Positions 23,558-34,399 of a stretch of DNA of 50,831 bases are shown here, one piece after another. Position 1 is the first letter of the stretch; each line of letters begins with the position of its first letter. A model generated the notes under the pieces. That model was not told the DNA's origin. It worked only from the letters and a program-made list of their open reading frames with translations, and ran no database searches. This DNA is from Chromera velia (taxonomy: Eukaryota). The DNA lies in contig JAHBMJ010000306.1 in assembly GCA_018398765.1 (NCBI GenBank), positions 1-50,831 on the forward strand. Direction: 5' to 3'. Both the position numbers and the translations under genes were made by a program.

Positions 23558-26485
23558 ATGGGGTGGTTGGTGCAGTTGACCGACGAAGCAGGCACGCAGC
23601 TCTTTCTCCGCACCCAGGGTATCTTGCATCCTTCCTTTGCAGCTAGCGGCCTTCTCCAGGCCCTGTACAGATCCGGAAACCAGGCGGGGGCACAGGTGCA
23701 AACGCTGGTGACGGACGATGGGCTGATTGCGTACTCCCGTATCGGGGGGGGGGAGGGGGAAGAGGGAATCGATTGGGTTTTGTGTGTTGTTGCCGGGGGT
23801 GATTCAGGATTGCTACCGCCAGCAGCGGCAGAGTTGCGAATGAGAAAGCGGTTTGAGCTGCTAGAGGCAGCGATCCGACTTTGCCTGGGGCCGGACTTGG
23901 GGGTGGCGTTAGAGAAATTCTCTGCACAGAGTAGTCTGAAGAGTGCACTTGCAAAGGCTCTGAGCATCCCTTGTGACTGTATTATGGGGAATGGGCAGCC
24001 CGCCCGGGTAGGAATAGAGCTTCCGTTCTCGTCTTTTTCAAAAGGGGGGGCTGCATCGGTGGTTGAAAACGTGAACTGTGCAGGTGTCAGAACTTCAGTA
24101 GACAGTTTCGGGTTCCAGCTGGGTGTAGTTGAGTATATGTGGGGTCCCCCTGTACAGAAGGAGGCGGGGCAGAGGCTACTAGAGCAATTGCTTGAGGAGA
24201 TAGGCCTGAAGGAGAGTGAGGGTTCCAAAGCGTTTTTGTGTTGGAAGGGAAGAGTTATTGTTGGCACGTGTGAGTGGAACTCTCTTTCCCCCTCCGACCG
24301 TCTGCTTTGCATTGCACACGCTGAGGGAGGGACGTGCCGCGTTCCCGGTGCCCCCTCGGCGGGTGTTCTGCACACGTCGGTTGGCTGTTTTGTTGAGGGG
24401 GAGGAGGGCGTGCTCTCGGCAGTGCGTTTGGTTCCGTCTTCAGGTCCCTCTAGGAATACTCGACGAGGAAGTGGGGTAGAGAGACATGGAGAAGGACAAA
24501 AGAAAGTTGGGGGACAGGGGGAACACTCAAAAGTTCTCAGAGAGAAGGCAGCATCCCCTCCGTCTCCCGTCAGACGTCCTGGAGAGAGATTTAGGGCGCC
24601 AGGGGATGATTCAGATGACCCTGAGGCCGTGTCTGCTCCAGACGCCCCAGAGGAAGATGAAGATTTTGGAGATGCAATGCAGAAAAAAGACGGAGACGGA
24701 GAAAGGGGGTGGATGGAGTCCCGAGTTAACGAGATAGGGGCACTAGTAAATGCCCAGAAGAAGGAAGCCATGGCAGCACGCCAATGGCGGCAACAGCAGC
24801 AGAGAGCCGAAAGGGCCCCGCCCCCCGGGTCTTCTTCCAATCACCGAAGGTCCCCTTCAGACCATCCCACTGCCCCCGTCTCGTCCTCATTTCTCCCACC
24901 CCCCCGCAGACAGCCCCCCCCGGTCTCCCGAGACCTCCAATCAGACTCCAGTGATTCTGACGGAGAGACGGCAAATGCGGTAGAGAGAAAGGCACACGGA
25001 GGAGAGACGGGAACCTCGATTGCCCAGGCTCCCCGTACACCCCTAGTTTTCAAATCAGTAGCAGACCGTCTGTCTGAGATTACCCTTAGAGCAGCAGCTG
25101 CTGGAAGGACTGTGGACATGTCTGCCGAAGGGGAGGAGGTAGGTGGGGGTACTTTCTCTCCCTCCATGGCGTCTCCCAGTAGGGACACCCGGGGTGATCC
25201 CCGGGAGCTTCTCACCCCTGAAGATTTTCCCGATACCGTCTCTGCACGTGCCAGCTCTGCTGATGCGTGGGCTGTGACTGCTGTGGTTGGGGCGAGTGCG
25301 GTAGTGGGGGGTGAACCTGGCGGGGGATCTGTGACGGGGGGGTCGGCAGGTTCTGTGTCTGGGGGGGTGACCTCTAGGTCTGTGTTGGTTGGTGCGAGAG
25401 GGTCCCTGCAGGGGGAGGGTCCTGCTGCAGGGGTGACGCACGCACAGCAATCTCCGGGGTGTGGAAATTGTGGGGGGAGAGATGCTTCAGTCGCCCTCCC
25501 TTTGCCCCTTTTCTCTTGTTCGCTTTGCGGGGCTAGTGGGGGTGAAGAGATCACCCAGGGGGGTGACGCAGCAGCAGCACGAAGAGGGGACATTCACACT
25601 CGTTCCGCTCCTTCTGGCGTCTGTGCCTTTCCCGACCAGGCCCCAGTCAGTCTCCTTCCCAGGGGGCTGACGACAAGAAGAGAAGAGTTCTCCCTCGTTT
25701 TCGGGGTCATCAGTAGGAACAGGGGAGGAGACGCAGGGGTGCGTGGGAGGCGGGGTAGTTCTGGGAAGGAAGAGGAGACCGACGGTGTGTCAAAGCGTTT
25801 GTTTTCTTTGGGTGAATCTGAGAAGGTCGTCTCACTTGTTGACTCTGTGTGGTCGTTGGGAGGAGGAAAGGGAGGAGCAGAGAATGAGACAGGGGACAGT
25901 GGAGACCCCCTGTTTGACTGGGAGTCTAGTTCCGTCTCCCTTTTGATAGAGGCATCCTCTGGAGATGCTACGCGGATGCCTGAAACGAGAAATGTCTCGG
26001 AAAGTGAGGGAGTGTTGGGAGACGGGGGGGAGGACTTTCTGCCGTCTCCAGCACCTTCCCAGAGACGAGAGAGACGGCAGATGTCTCCGTTCAGACAGAG
26101 AGAACGAGGGGCGCCACACTCGCATGCGGAGTGCAATCGTGTTTTTGTGCTTATGGTCTCCGTCCTGCGTCCCTTTTTTCTCTCCCTGATTGGCCCGGAC
26201 CTCTCATGTCTCTTTCCTGAAACGAAAACCCATTCTTCCTCACAACGGTCAAAGACAAACACCGGTAGTGAGGAAAACAGTGTCGGTCCCCCCCCTTTAA
26301 GAGCTGAGAACAGAAAAGCTGGAAAACACAACGCCTCTCCGGCAGCGGTGTGCGCTTTGTCTATTGAGAGTGAGTCTGCATGTGGGCAAATTCGATTGTG
26401 GGTAGAGAGAATGGAAAGTGGGTTGGTGATTGAACGGTGGGTGTACAAGAACGAAAAGTGTACGCCAGACGATGAAGCAAACTAA
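23558..26485 (+). CDS. Fuzzy-like longin-domain protein (FUZ/MON1/HPS1 family) with long low-complexity insertions, 975 aa, intronless
   Basis: Long ATG-initiated ORF. WLVQLTDEAGTQLFLRT..PSFAASGLLQALY and LCWKGRVIVGTCEWNSLSPSDRLL parallel the recalled Fuzzy motifs LLCLAASSGVPLFCRS..LPFSVIGSLNGV and LVVSGRVVAATEGWWRL at similar spacing. Confidence 0.65.
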   Translation: MGWLVQLTDEAGTQLFLRTQGILHPSFAASGLLQALYRSGNQAGAQVQTLVTDDGLIAYSRIGGGEGEEGIDWVLCVVAGGDSGLLPPAAAELRMRKRFELLEAAIRLCLGPDLGVALEKFSAQSSLKSALAKALSIPCDCIMGNGQPARVGIELPFSSFSKGGAASVVENVNCAGVRTSVDSFGFQLGVVEYMWGPPVQKEAGQRLLEQLLEEIGLKESEGSKAFLCWKGRVIVGTCEWNSLSPSDRLLCIAHAEGGTCRVPGAPSAGVLHTSVGCFVEGEEGVLSAVRLVPSSGPSRNTRRGSGVERHGEGQKKVGGQGEHSKVLREKAASPPSPVRRPGERFRAPGDDSDDPEAVSAPDAPEEDEDFGDAMQKKDGDGERGWMESRVNEIGALVNAQKKEAMAARQWRQQQQRAERAPPPGSSSNHRRSPSDHPTAPVSSSFLPPPRRQPPPVSRDLQSDSSDSDGETANAVERKAHGGETGTSIAQAPRTPLVFKSVADRLSEITLRAAAAGRTVDMSAEGEEVGGGTFSPSMASPSRDTRGDPRELLTPEDFPDTVSARASSADAWAVTAVVGASAVVGGEPGGGSVTGGSAGSVSGGVTSRSVLVGARGSLQGEGPAAGVTHAQQSPGCGNCGGRDASVALPLPLFSCSLCGASGGEEITQGGDAAAARRGDIHTRSAPSGVCAFPDQAPVSLLPRGLTTRREEFSLVFGVISRNRGGDAGVRGRRGSSGKEEETDGVSKRLFSLGESEKVVSLVDSVWSLGGGKGGAENETGDSGDPLFDWESSSVSLLIEASSGDATRMPETRNVSESEGVLGDGGEDFLPSPAPSQRRERRQMSPFRQRERGAPHSHAECNRVFVLMVSVLRPFFLSLIGPDLSCLFPETKTHSSSQRSKTNTGSEENSVGPPPLRAENRKAGKHNASPAAVCALSIESESACGQIRLWVERMESGLVIERWVYKNEKCTPDDEAN

Positions 26486-26692
26486 AATTAGTACTATGTT
26501 CATAATCCTCAGGCTGCTACCTATTTTCATTTCAACGTATACCTCGATTTCAACCAACCAGCAAACAATTCTGATGAAATGATTGGAATCATTAGATTAC
26601 ATTATATTATATTGAAACATTATTTAAACAAATAATTTTACTATAGTAGTAAAACAACTAGTAAAACAAATATTCTTGCAGCTTATGTCACC

Positions 26693-26944
26693 CTAGGCCT
26701 ATCGATCACAGAGAAAAAAAAAATAATTTAAGCCCGTTCTCACTTATTTTTTTTTTTTTGTTGCCCGACGATGTTAATTAGGTGACAAACAACTGTTATT
26801 CAAGTGATGCATAAGTGTTGTTTTAGTGTTGCACAAGTGTTACTTAGATGTTGCGCTAGGTAGCGCTAGGTGTTGCGCAAAAAAAAAAAAAATAATTTAA
26901 GCCAATTCTCGTTTATTTTTTTTTTTTTGCTGTGATACACCTAG
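26693..26944. mobile_element. MITE-like element
   Basis: Inverted ends CTAGG..TATC(GATC)ACAG-A tract and T tract-GCTGTGATACACCTAG. Two internal ~50-bp direct copies of A(n)TAATTTAAGCC..TTCTC..TTAT(n). Confidence 0.6.
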
Positions 26945-27624
26945 CTGAGATGTTACCAAATTATAATTTGTAAAATTGCAATGTAAATAAGGAAATGAAT
27001 TAAGTATGAATTGTAAAACTTTAAACTGAAATAAAGTTTAAAGTCTAACTCCAGACAGGAAGTGCGATCAATAAAATATAAACTTTAAAACTGACTCTAA
27101 AAGTTTTTTCTGATCTAGTTTCTGATGTATTTGTTTACTTACATATACTTTAATATAATTGTGGTTTATCCTAAAGTCTCCAAAACCAGAGACGAATGAC
27201 AACCCATACATGTAGTTGTAGACAAAAGAAGTAAGCCGCCGCAGCTTAGCATGCTTCCACATGAGCATAAACATGAACCACCACAACCCTCCGCAGCCTA
27301 TAGGCTCTGGCCGCTCTGCTAGATAGATTTTTTGCTAGATGTTTGGGAAAGTTAAAAATTTAAAGCTTAAGATATTAAAAAATGTATCAATCTATTATGT
27401 TGTTTAAAATTAGAATTAAGGATTTTTATTATTTTATTTAAAGTTTGTGGTGACACTTTATTATAAAAACAACTTCAGATTTCATATTTAGGAAATGAGC
27501 TAGTGTAGTAGTAAGTTTTTGAAGAGTGTCTATCTTTATGTTATTAATGACGTTAGTCACGATATATTGTTTATACACAACTTTCAATTAATGCGTCTCT
27601 TTCTTTCTTTGCTAGCATTCTTTT

Positions 27625-27745
27625 ATTATCATTATCATGCGTCATCGCCGTCCGTCCATTTTTAACTAGATTTATGAACTTCCAGCGTTAAACTTAGTCT
27701 TAAACACGAGTCAGTCAGAGTACTAGGATCAGCCAGTCCTCCCCA
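27625..27745 (-). mobile_element. 5'-truncated retroelement 3' end with degenerate (GAT)n tail, copy 2
   Basis: Shares GTCATCGCCGTCCGTCCATT, TGAACTTCCAGCGTT, GAGTCAGTCAG and GGATCAGCCAGTCCTCCCCA with 3392-3506. Confidence 0.6.
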
Positions 27746-29797
27746 TAGGAGAAAACACATGCAGAAACCTAGAAATGCAAGCGTTTTTATGTAAAATCTA
27801 AAACTAACTATTCTATATGGTACAGAAGACAATGGCCTAAGTCAATGTTAAAGTCATAGTCCACAATTCAAAATGGCTTCAAGTTGGACTAAGGGACTTG
27901 AGATAAATTTTCATTGGTTTAAGATCTCCATCAAAACTTCCTTTAAGCAAAATCAAAGTGAACTGCTTGCTGGGCTTTAAGTTTTTAAAACAATCATATC
28001 CAACTGTCCAGAACTAGGTCCAGAACTCCGGATTTTGTGGAGATTCGGCGCTTCTCTTTTTTTGGCACTGTTCTGATGCAGGTACCTAATGAATGCAGGC
28101 ATCTGATGTGGGAAAGAAATGTGTATACCTGTCACAGTGGGGGAAACGTTCCCACCGCTCCACAAAACTTGTGGCCTAGTCTTCCGGCTGGAAGAGCTTA
28201 AGGAGAACGTCGCCTGACCTCCGACACAGAAAACAAGAGGAGTATCGCCAGACGGAAAGGTCTCGGGGNGGGGGGGCGGGCAGGCAAGCAGTCTCTCGCA
28301 GTCTCTCAAGGAAGAAAAACGCAGACAGGCAGGCAGCCTGAGGCAGGCGGGTGGCCATTCAAGGGAGGGTGTGCGGGCACGCGGGGAGACTGACAGGCAG
28401 ATAGAGAAGGACTAGAGAGAAGGAGCTCATATAAGGCAATTTAAAACAGACAAGGGGAACACAGACAAAAGAACAGAGCATGGAGAGATCAACATGCAGT
28501 TTGCTTACAGATAGAGTAATCAAGATATATGAGCGTGCCGGGCTCCGGAAAAACATCGAATGCAGACTGAATCAAAAATGTGCCCTTCAAGCGAGATCGA
28601 GGTCGGTTTCAGTATGCAATGCGCCGGATGTGGATAACTCGCACGGGTCGCGTCAAAATTGGTAAAAAGGTCTTTAGGTGAAAGTAAGTTACTGGTACAT
28701 GCATTATTTATCATTATTTAACAGGACACTACGAACCCTGGGTTTGAAATTGCCAAACCCTGGGTTTGAAAAAAAAACAGCTTGGGTCACCCAGGGTGTG
28801 ACATCGGCCGACCCAGCATATCAATTTCATGCAATCACACCCCGCATTCGCACTCAGGTCACTTCACGAATCGAAACTTATCGAAACTTCAAATCAAACA
28901 CAAGAAAGGAAACAGCATAAAGCGACTGACCAGCAAAAAAGGATGCTCCTTCCATAAGCAGAAGGAAGCGTGTTGAGGTTGATGTTGCTAAAGCCACCTT
29001 CCGAAACCCACTTTCGCGATTTCGATCTCAAGGTCAAAATTATACCATGCATAATTTCGGCAATCGCGCACTCACAGCATTCTCTGCTTCATCGAAGCCT
29101 TTTCTTACTAGAAAAGACTTCCAACAGAAAGAAGAAAGCTTATAACAGCAGCTAAGAGCGCTACGGAAGAGCAGACGGCTCGCAGACGGACATTCCGAGC
29201 TGTTTTTGATCGGAAGTCTGAAGCCCAATCGCAGGTCGAGCTGGCTTTGTGCGATTTGAAATTCAAAGCTGTAGGTCTTTGCGAAGGTAAATGGCTTTCC
29301 ATTTCAAGCGGCTCACGATGTGCTTCCAGATTGAAGCCCGCTCACTTCGGACAGAAGCTGCAAAGTCAGACAACTGACAATTAATTTGACTGCATGCATT
29401 CATGCATCGCAAATTGAATCGTGCAACACTTTCGACACATGCACGGGCGTGCAACACGTATAATGTTGCTTTGCGGGATCGACTGCTTGTGGGTGCGTCG
29501 AAAGTGTTGCACGAATTTGCGATGCATCGCATGCAGTCAAATTATATATCAGTCTGTCTGACTTTGCGAACACCATTTCGACAAATCGAACGTCTTATGC
29601 TGGGTCTTATGCCCTGCTTGCCATCCTCCATCTTTCCTGATAGACCATTTGTGGCTGTAGTACTCTATGCAGACGTATACTGCCATATTTAATACCTTTT
29701 GACACTCAATCAACCCCGCTTACTCGGACAACAGTGGGTGTTGTTTGAACAACATGGATAAAGTTTAACAATGGTGTGTTGTCAATGCTAGGTCCTC

Positions 29798-31056
29798 ATG
29801 TGTCTTGAGGAGACAATAATTACCGATGTATTGTGCACAACAGCTACACTAAGTCTGAGCAGCTTGTGGACTCTGTCCTGCGCATCAAAAAGTCTTTCTG
29901 CTGTTCGAGCACACCGTCTGGCTCAGAGCCTCCGGCAGATTTTTCTCTATGTTTACAAAAGGACAGAGCTTCAGACCGAGTTGCAAAATTTGATTGACAG
30001 AGAATAAGTGGGTCCGCTTCAGTCTTTTCTCTCTGTCTTCGATCGGTTCCCCTTTGTGATAGACAGAGCACTTCACGAGCCTCTTTCTTTTGAGCTCCTA
30101 CTGTCAAACGCTGAAAAACTCTTTAAGTTTGCCCCCGCGAACTTCTCAATGGAAGTTCTTCCATCAGTCACCAAGCAGACATTGACAGCTCTGCTTCTCA
30201 AAAGAGTTCTGCAGGTCAACATGTGGGTGCAACACAAGGGTTCTCTGATCGACTTCGCTGACACAGACCGCCTTTTCGTCGATGCGTACAGCCCTCTTCT
30301 GCTTGCATTAATTGAAAACTCGCCGTTTGTCAATGAGTGTCTGCAGAGGTGTTGTTGGAAGGGGGGGCCTATCTGGGTATGTGTGATTGGCCAGTGAATG
30401 ATCACGAGTGGCTGGACCACGTGTCGGGACGGGACACCCCAGCCACTTTTAGCTTCGAGCGCCGTCGCTCCTTCCCCAGGAAGAGAGCCCTGATGGCCGT
30501 TGCTCGTCTGTTCGCCTGAGACTGACACCAAGCTCGGTGATCATTACGATCATGCGACTCTCTTCGTCAAGATGAAGTGACCCGTCGTTCCGGTTGCTCT
30601 GTCGAAAAATCGGCACTCATTCCTCTCTGTGCTCTCTTGCTAACCCTCCAACGGGGCCATTCTCTTACTGATGCTGGACGCACCGTTCATCGCCGCCATG
30701 AAGAACGTCAAGCATCTGATCATGAAGCCCTTCGATGTTTTCATCTCCCCCAAGAAGACAGGTATTCTCAATGTGGCTCTTGCCAGAGCGTGCCAACGAC
30801 AACTTCTGTGATCGGGCGTTCCCTTTCGCCGGAGCCCGAGGAAGTGCTCTCGCAGATCTATGAATTGAGTCTTCGTGGGTTGCAGACAGACCTCTGTACC
30901 CTGTTCTACTTTGTATGTGAGCGGTGCTATGACCATCTACTGCAATTTTTTTTTGACTCTCACGTTCCGATACAGAACCTAGTATACAACGGGGCATGCA
31001 GAAGGCGCATAGTGGAGGGGGGNNNNNNGGGGGGGGGGGAAGACGTCTTGTCTTGA
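29798..31056 (+). pseudogene. Disrupted intronless gene, possible F-box-like N-terminus plus ankyrin-like repeats
   Basis: Collinear ORF pieces broken by an in-frame TAA (30005-30007), a frameshift near 30335 that joins SPLLLALIENS.. to ..AEVLLEGGA (ankyrin-like), and stops near 30517-30540. Confidence 0.55.
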
Positions 31057-31251
31057 TCCGCTGGTTAATTGTCATTGCCCAGGGGGCGCTACAGAAGGAG
31101 TATGGGCTCTTCAGTATGATTATTCAAATCCTTTAAGGCTTCAACACGGTGGCTGTACATATGAAGTTATTATGAAGGATGAGTAATATGTGGAGGAGAA
31201 GTAGTGATTAGATAAATTTCTAGATAAATTTTCAGAATAAAAAGATCCATA

Positions 31252-31717
31252 TACCCTGCAGGTAGCTATAAGACTAGCTATAGGATTTTATAGAATTTTA
31301 GGCTGGGAATCTACCAGATTTTGAAATTTAAAATCTTAGCTGATTTTATAATTATATGGAATTTTAATTAGCCAGGATCTACAAACGAAAAAATGATTTT
31401 AGCTACATAATTTTAACGGATTGTGCTGCAGATTTCAAAATTTTAAATCTTTTTTTCATTTTTGAGTTGAAATAACTTCAAATAAGTTGAAAAGCATTCA
31501 CGATCACGAAAACCTTAGCTAGTTTAAATTCTGGCATTATTCTGCCTAATAGTTCGCTGGTCACCGTCCGGCGTTGGATTCTTAGTAATTCTTAGATAAA
31601 ATCGATCCCATAAAATTTATTAAAATTCGGCTTAGCTAAAATTCTTTAAAATTCGTAAAAATATCCTAGTAAATTATTTTTTTTTTTTACTAGTTTTTGC
31701 TCGCTACCTGGAGGGTA
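31252..31717. mobile_element. MITE, 466 bp including flanking TA dinucleotides
   Basis: TACCCTGCAGGTAGC (31252-31266) and GCTACCTGGAGGGTA (31703-31717) form a 14/15 inverted repeat; the interior is AT-rich and non-coding. Confidence 0.75.
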
Positions 31718-32302
31718 GTCTTATAACCTAGTTTATAACTAGAGTTTTAATATGTCTTAATCAAATTCTTATTAATTATGTAATATTATTATATAGTATC
31801 ATAATCATACATTGTCCACATAAGAGTAACCGCTAAAGAATAGTAATGAGGCGGCCGTCAGGCCGCTGAGTTACGGTTTTTTAGTAACTGAAGGTTTAAA
31901 ATGGTAGATTATGGAAAAACAGTAACGCAACCCGCTGATAATAGCTTGATATACGATTATTCAATTACAAATATTACTAATAATAATCTACTAGGAAAAA
32001 GACTAAATTTAATCTGTTCAAGACTTGCTTTTTGACGTCCATAGCTACCTTTACATTCAAAATAATTCAAAAGTTTAACAAAACAATACAAAAGGTCGAC
32101 CTTACAAGCCTTTTCCATCCCTTTCCCTTCCGTTGTGGTCTTTTTAACTGCCAACTTTGGCTTTTGCCTTATCTTTTAGCTTTCCTTTGCCCTTCGCCTT
32201 TGCCTTGGCGGCAGAAGGCTGATTTGAGAGAGATGAACTCGAAGATGCCCCCCCTGATCTAGCTACTAGCCCTGCAGAAACAGGTTGCTCTCTGCAGTTT
32301 GC

Positions 32303-32343
32303 AACACACACAGACACACACTGTTATACACACACACACACAC

Positions 32344-32380
<37 letters not shown>

Positions 32381-32405
32381 TACACACACGCACACACGCA
32401 CACAT

Positions 32406-32449
<44 letters not shown>

Positions 32450-33210
32450 ACACACACACATACATACACAAAACATTGTTTGGAAATGTTAAAGAAGAGA
32501 AAGCAGGTATGGAAAAAAAATGGTGTTGCTTCGTATAGAAGTGACAGATCTGCAGACCATAAGGTTGTTGGCATCTCTTGCTTTGGTCTTTGCTTTCACA
32601 CTACCGAGCATGGAAATATAGATACATACTATTAGTGCCACTGAATTGTACATTCACGCACGCACATAAACATATTTACACACAGACCGGCACAGATACA
32701 GAGAGTGCGTCTATCCATCCCAACTCACCCACTTACGCGCTTCATATACTTGGCAAACTCTTGCTCCAACTCTGAGGCATTCATTCATCATTCATTTATT
32801 TATCCACTTCCCCATTCACTGATGCCCTCATAATAAGGGCCTCATTCTCTCACTCACTCAGCGACTCACCTACCCAGCCTCACTCACTTATTGACTCACT
32901 CCATACCACACCACGTTCACTCACTCATCCATTTACTTATTCATTCACTCACCTACTCGTACTTACTTGCTCTTTCACCTACGTCCATTCACTTATCCAC
33001 TCAGTCACTCACTCTTATATTTACCTGCACTCACACACTCACTCACTCATATACTTACTCACTCAATGACATTCACTCACTCGCTCATCCCGACATTCAG
33101 TCACCCATCCATCCATCCTCGTCATCCATCCATCCATCCATCCATCCATGCATTCATTTATTTATTTATTTATTCATTCATTCATTCATCCATTCATTCA
33201 TTCACCCCTC
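32303..33210. repeat. (CA)n array (32303-32470) and degenerate (ACTC)n/(ATCC)n/(ATTC)n array (~32780-33210)
   Basis: Directly visible simple repeats. Confidence 0.9.
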
Positions 33211-33780
33211 CTAACCTTCGTAGAGAGTCATTTTGTCAGGCAGGGCCTGGCAGGCAGTCAAGCATGCAGACACAGCCACAGGTAAGAACAGGCAGGCACA
33301 AGCATGCTTCTCCCGTCTATCTCCGTCTCCAGCAGGCTTTCTCTATCTGAAGGCGTGTATGCTGGTCGCGGCGATTCCTGCATTAAAAGATTAATAGCAG
33401 CTTAATAAGATCGCATCTCATCGGTTGGCAATGGTTAATTGGCTCCTTTAGCTTACCGGTCTTGGAGTCAATGCAATCATTCGCTTGTACAAGCATGCAT
33501 GCATATATATATTTTTTTAGGAATGTATGCATATAATTGAATGGTTGAATTGCACGCGCATGCATGCAAGATGCTCACTGTATGAAGAACCGTACAAGAT
33601 TTCTATGCCGGGGCCCCATGTTGGCCCCACAACGCCCGAATTACGGTTTTCCCGTAAAAAAAAATTGGCACCAAAGGCGCCAAGTTACGGAAAAACCGTA
33701 ACGAAAAAAGTCGTAATCCGTAATTTCCTCATAGACCCCCATCGCAACCCTTATGTGGACGATGTACATAATCGTTTTGG

Positions 33781-33869
33781 TAGGCGCTTTCCTTAGAAGC
33801 TGCACGTCGGATCGACATTCGGCATTGGGGCGGGAGGTCAATTCTCCAGACATAAATCCTAATCCTAAT
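33781..33869 (+). mobile_element. 5'-truncated non-LTR retroelement 3' end with (CCTAAT)n tail, copy 2
   Basis: Aligns with 18973-19062 apart from a 4-bp TCGA insertion and several substitutions. Confidence 0.6.
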
Positions 33870-34399
33870 GGTATCGATCATTACTGGTATTTAGATTCTA
33901 GTAGCTCAGTGCTAAGTAACATCTAAAAATGTAGATTGATTCACGAAAAGACAGAGTCTTTCTGTTTTGTTTCTCTGAAGAAATATTAAGCTGGCAGGAT
34001 TCCTGGTTGAATCATACAACTTGAATGAAGTGACAGATCCTGGCTATCCAGCAGACAAACAAACAGACCGATCCATAGAGCCTCCGGCCCCCCTCGTCCC
34101 CTTCAATTAATTTTTTGCGACGCAACCCTCTTCCATGCTTTATGCAATTTAATTGAATCCAAAACCCTCCCGACTCCTTTCTGTATCCACTGACACCCCC
34201 CCCTTCCTCCACTATCACTATTTGTACAGATGTCCGCTCCTTGTCCATCTTCCCTTCTTCCTCAAACATACTTGAACCTCCTGCAACCTTCCCGTCCTCA
34301 ACATAGAGAAAGACTCACAGAGAGACAGGGAGAAAGCCTCACCGAAAGCCTTCTTTCTCTGCTTCCGCATCTGTGTCTCGCTGTCTTCTCGTCTGGGCT

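Noticed and set aside
23491..26448. Long minus-strand ORFs of 449, 250 and 284 aa
   Set aside because: Antisense shadows of the GC-rich 975-aa plus-strand ORF, with no independent motifs.
27977..29532. Possible minus-strand gene fragments
   Set aside because: Frequent stops, no recognisable domain, and no supportable gene model.
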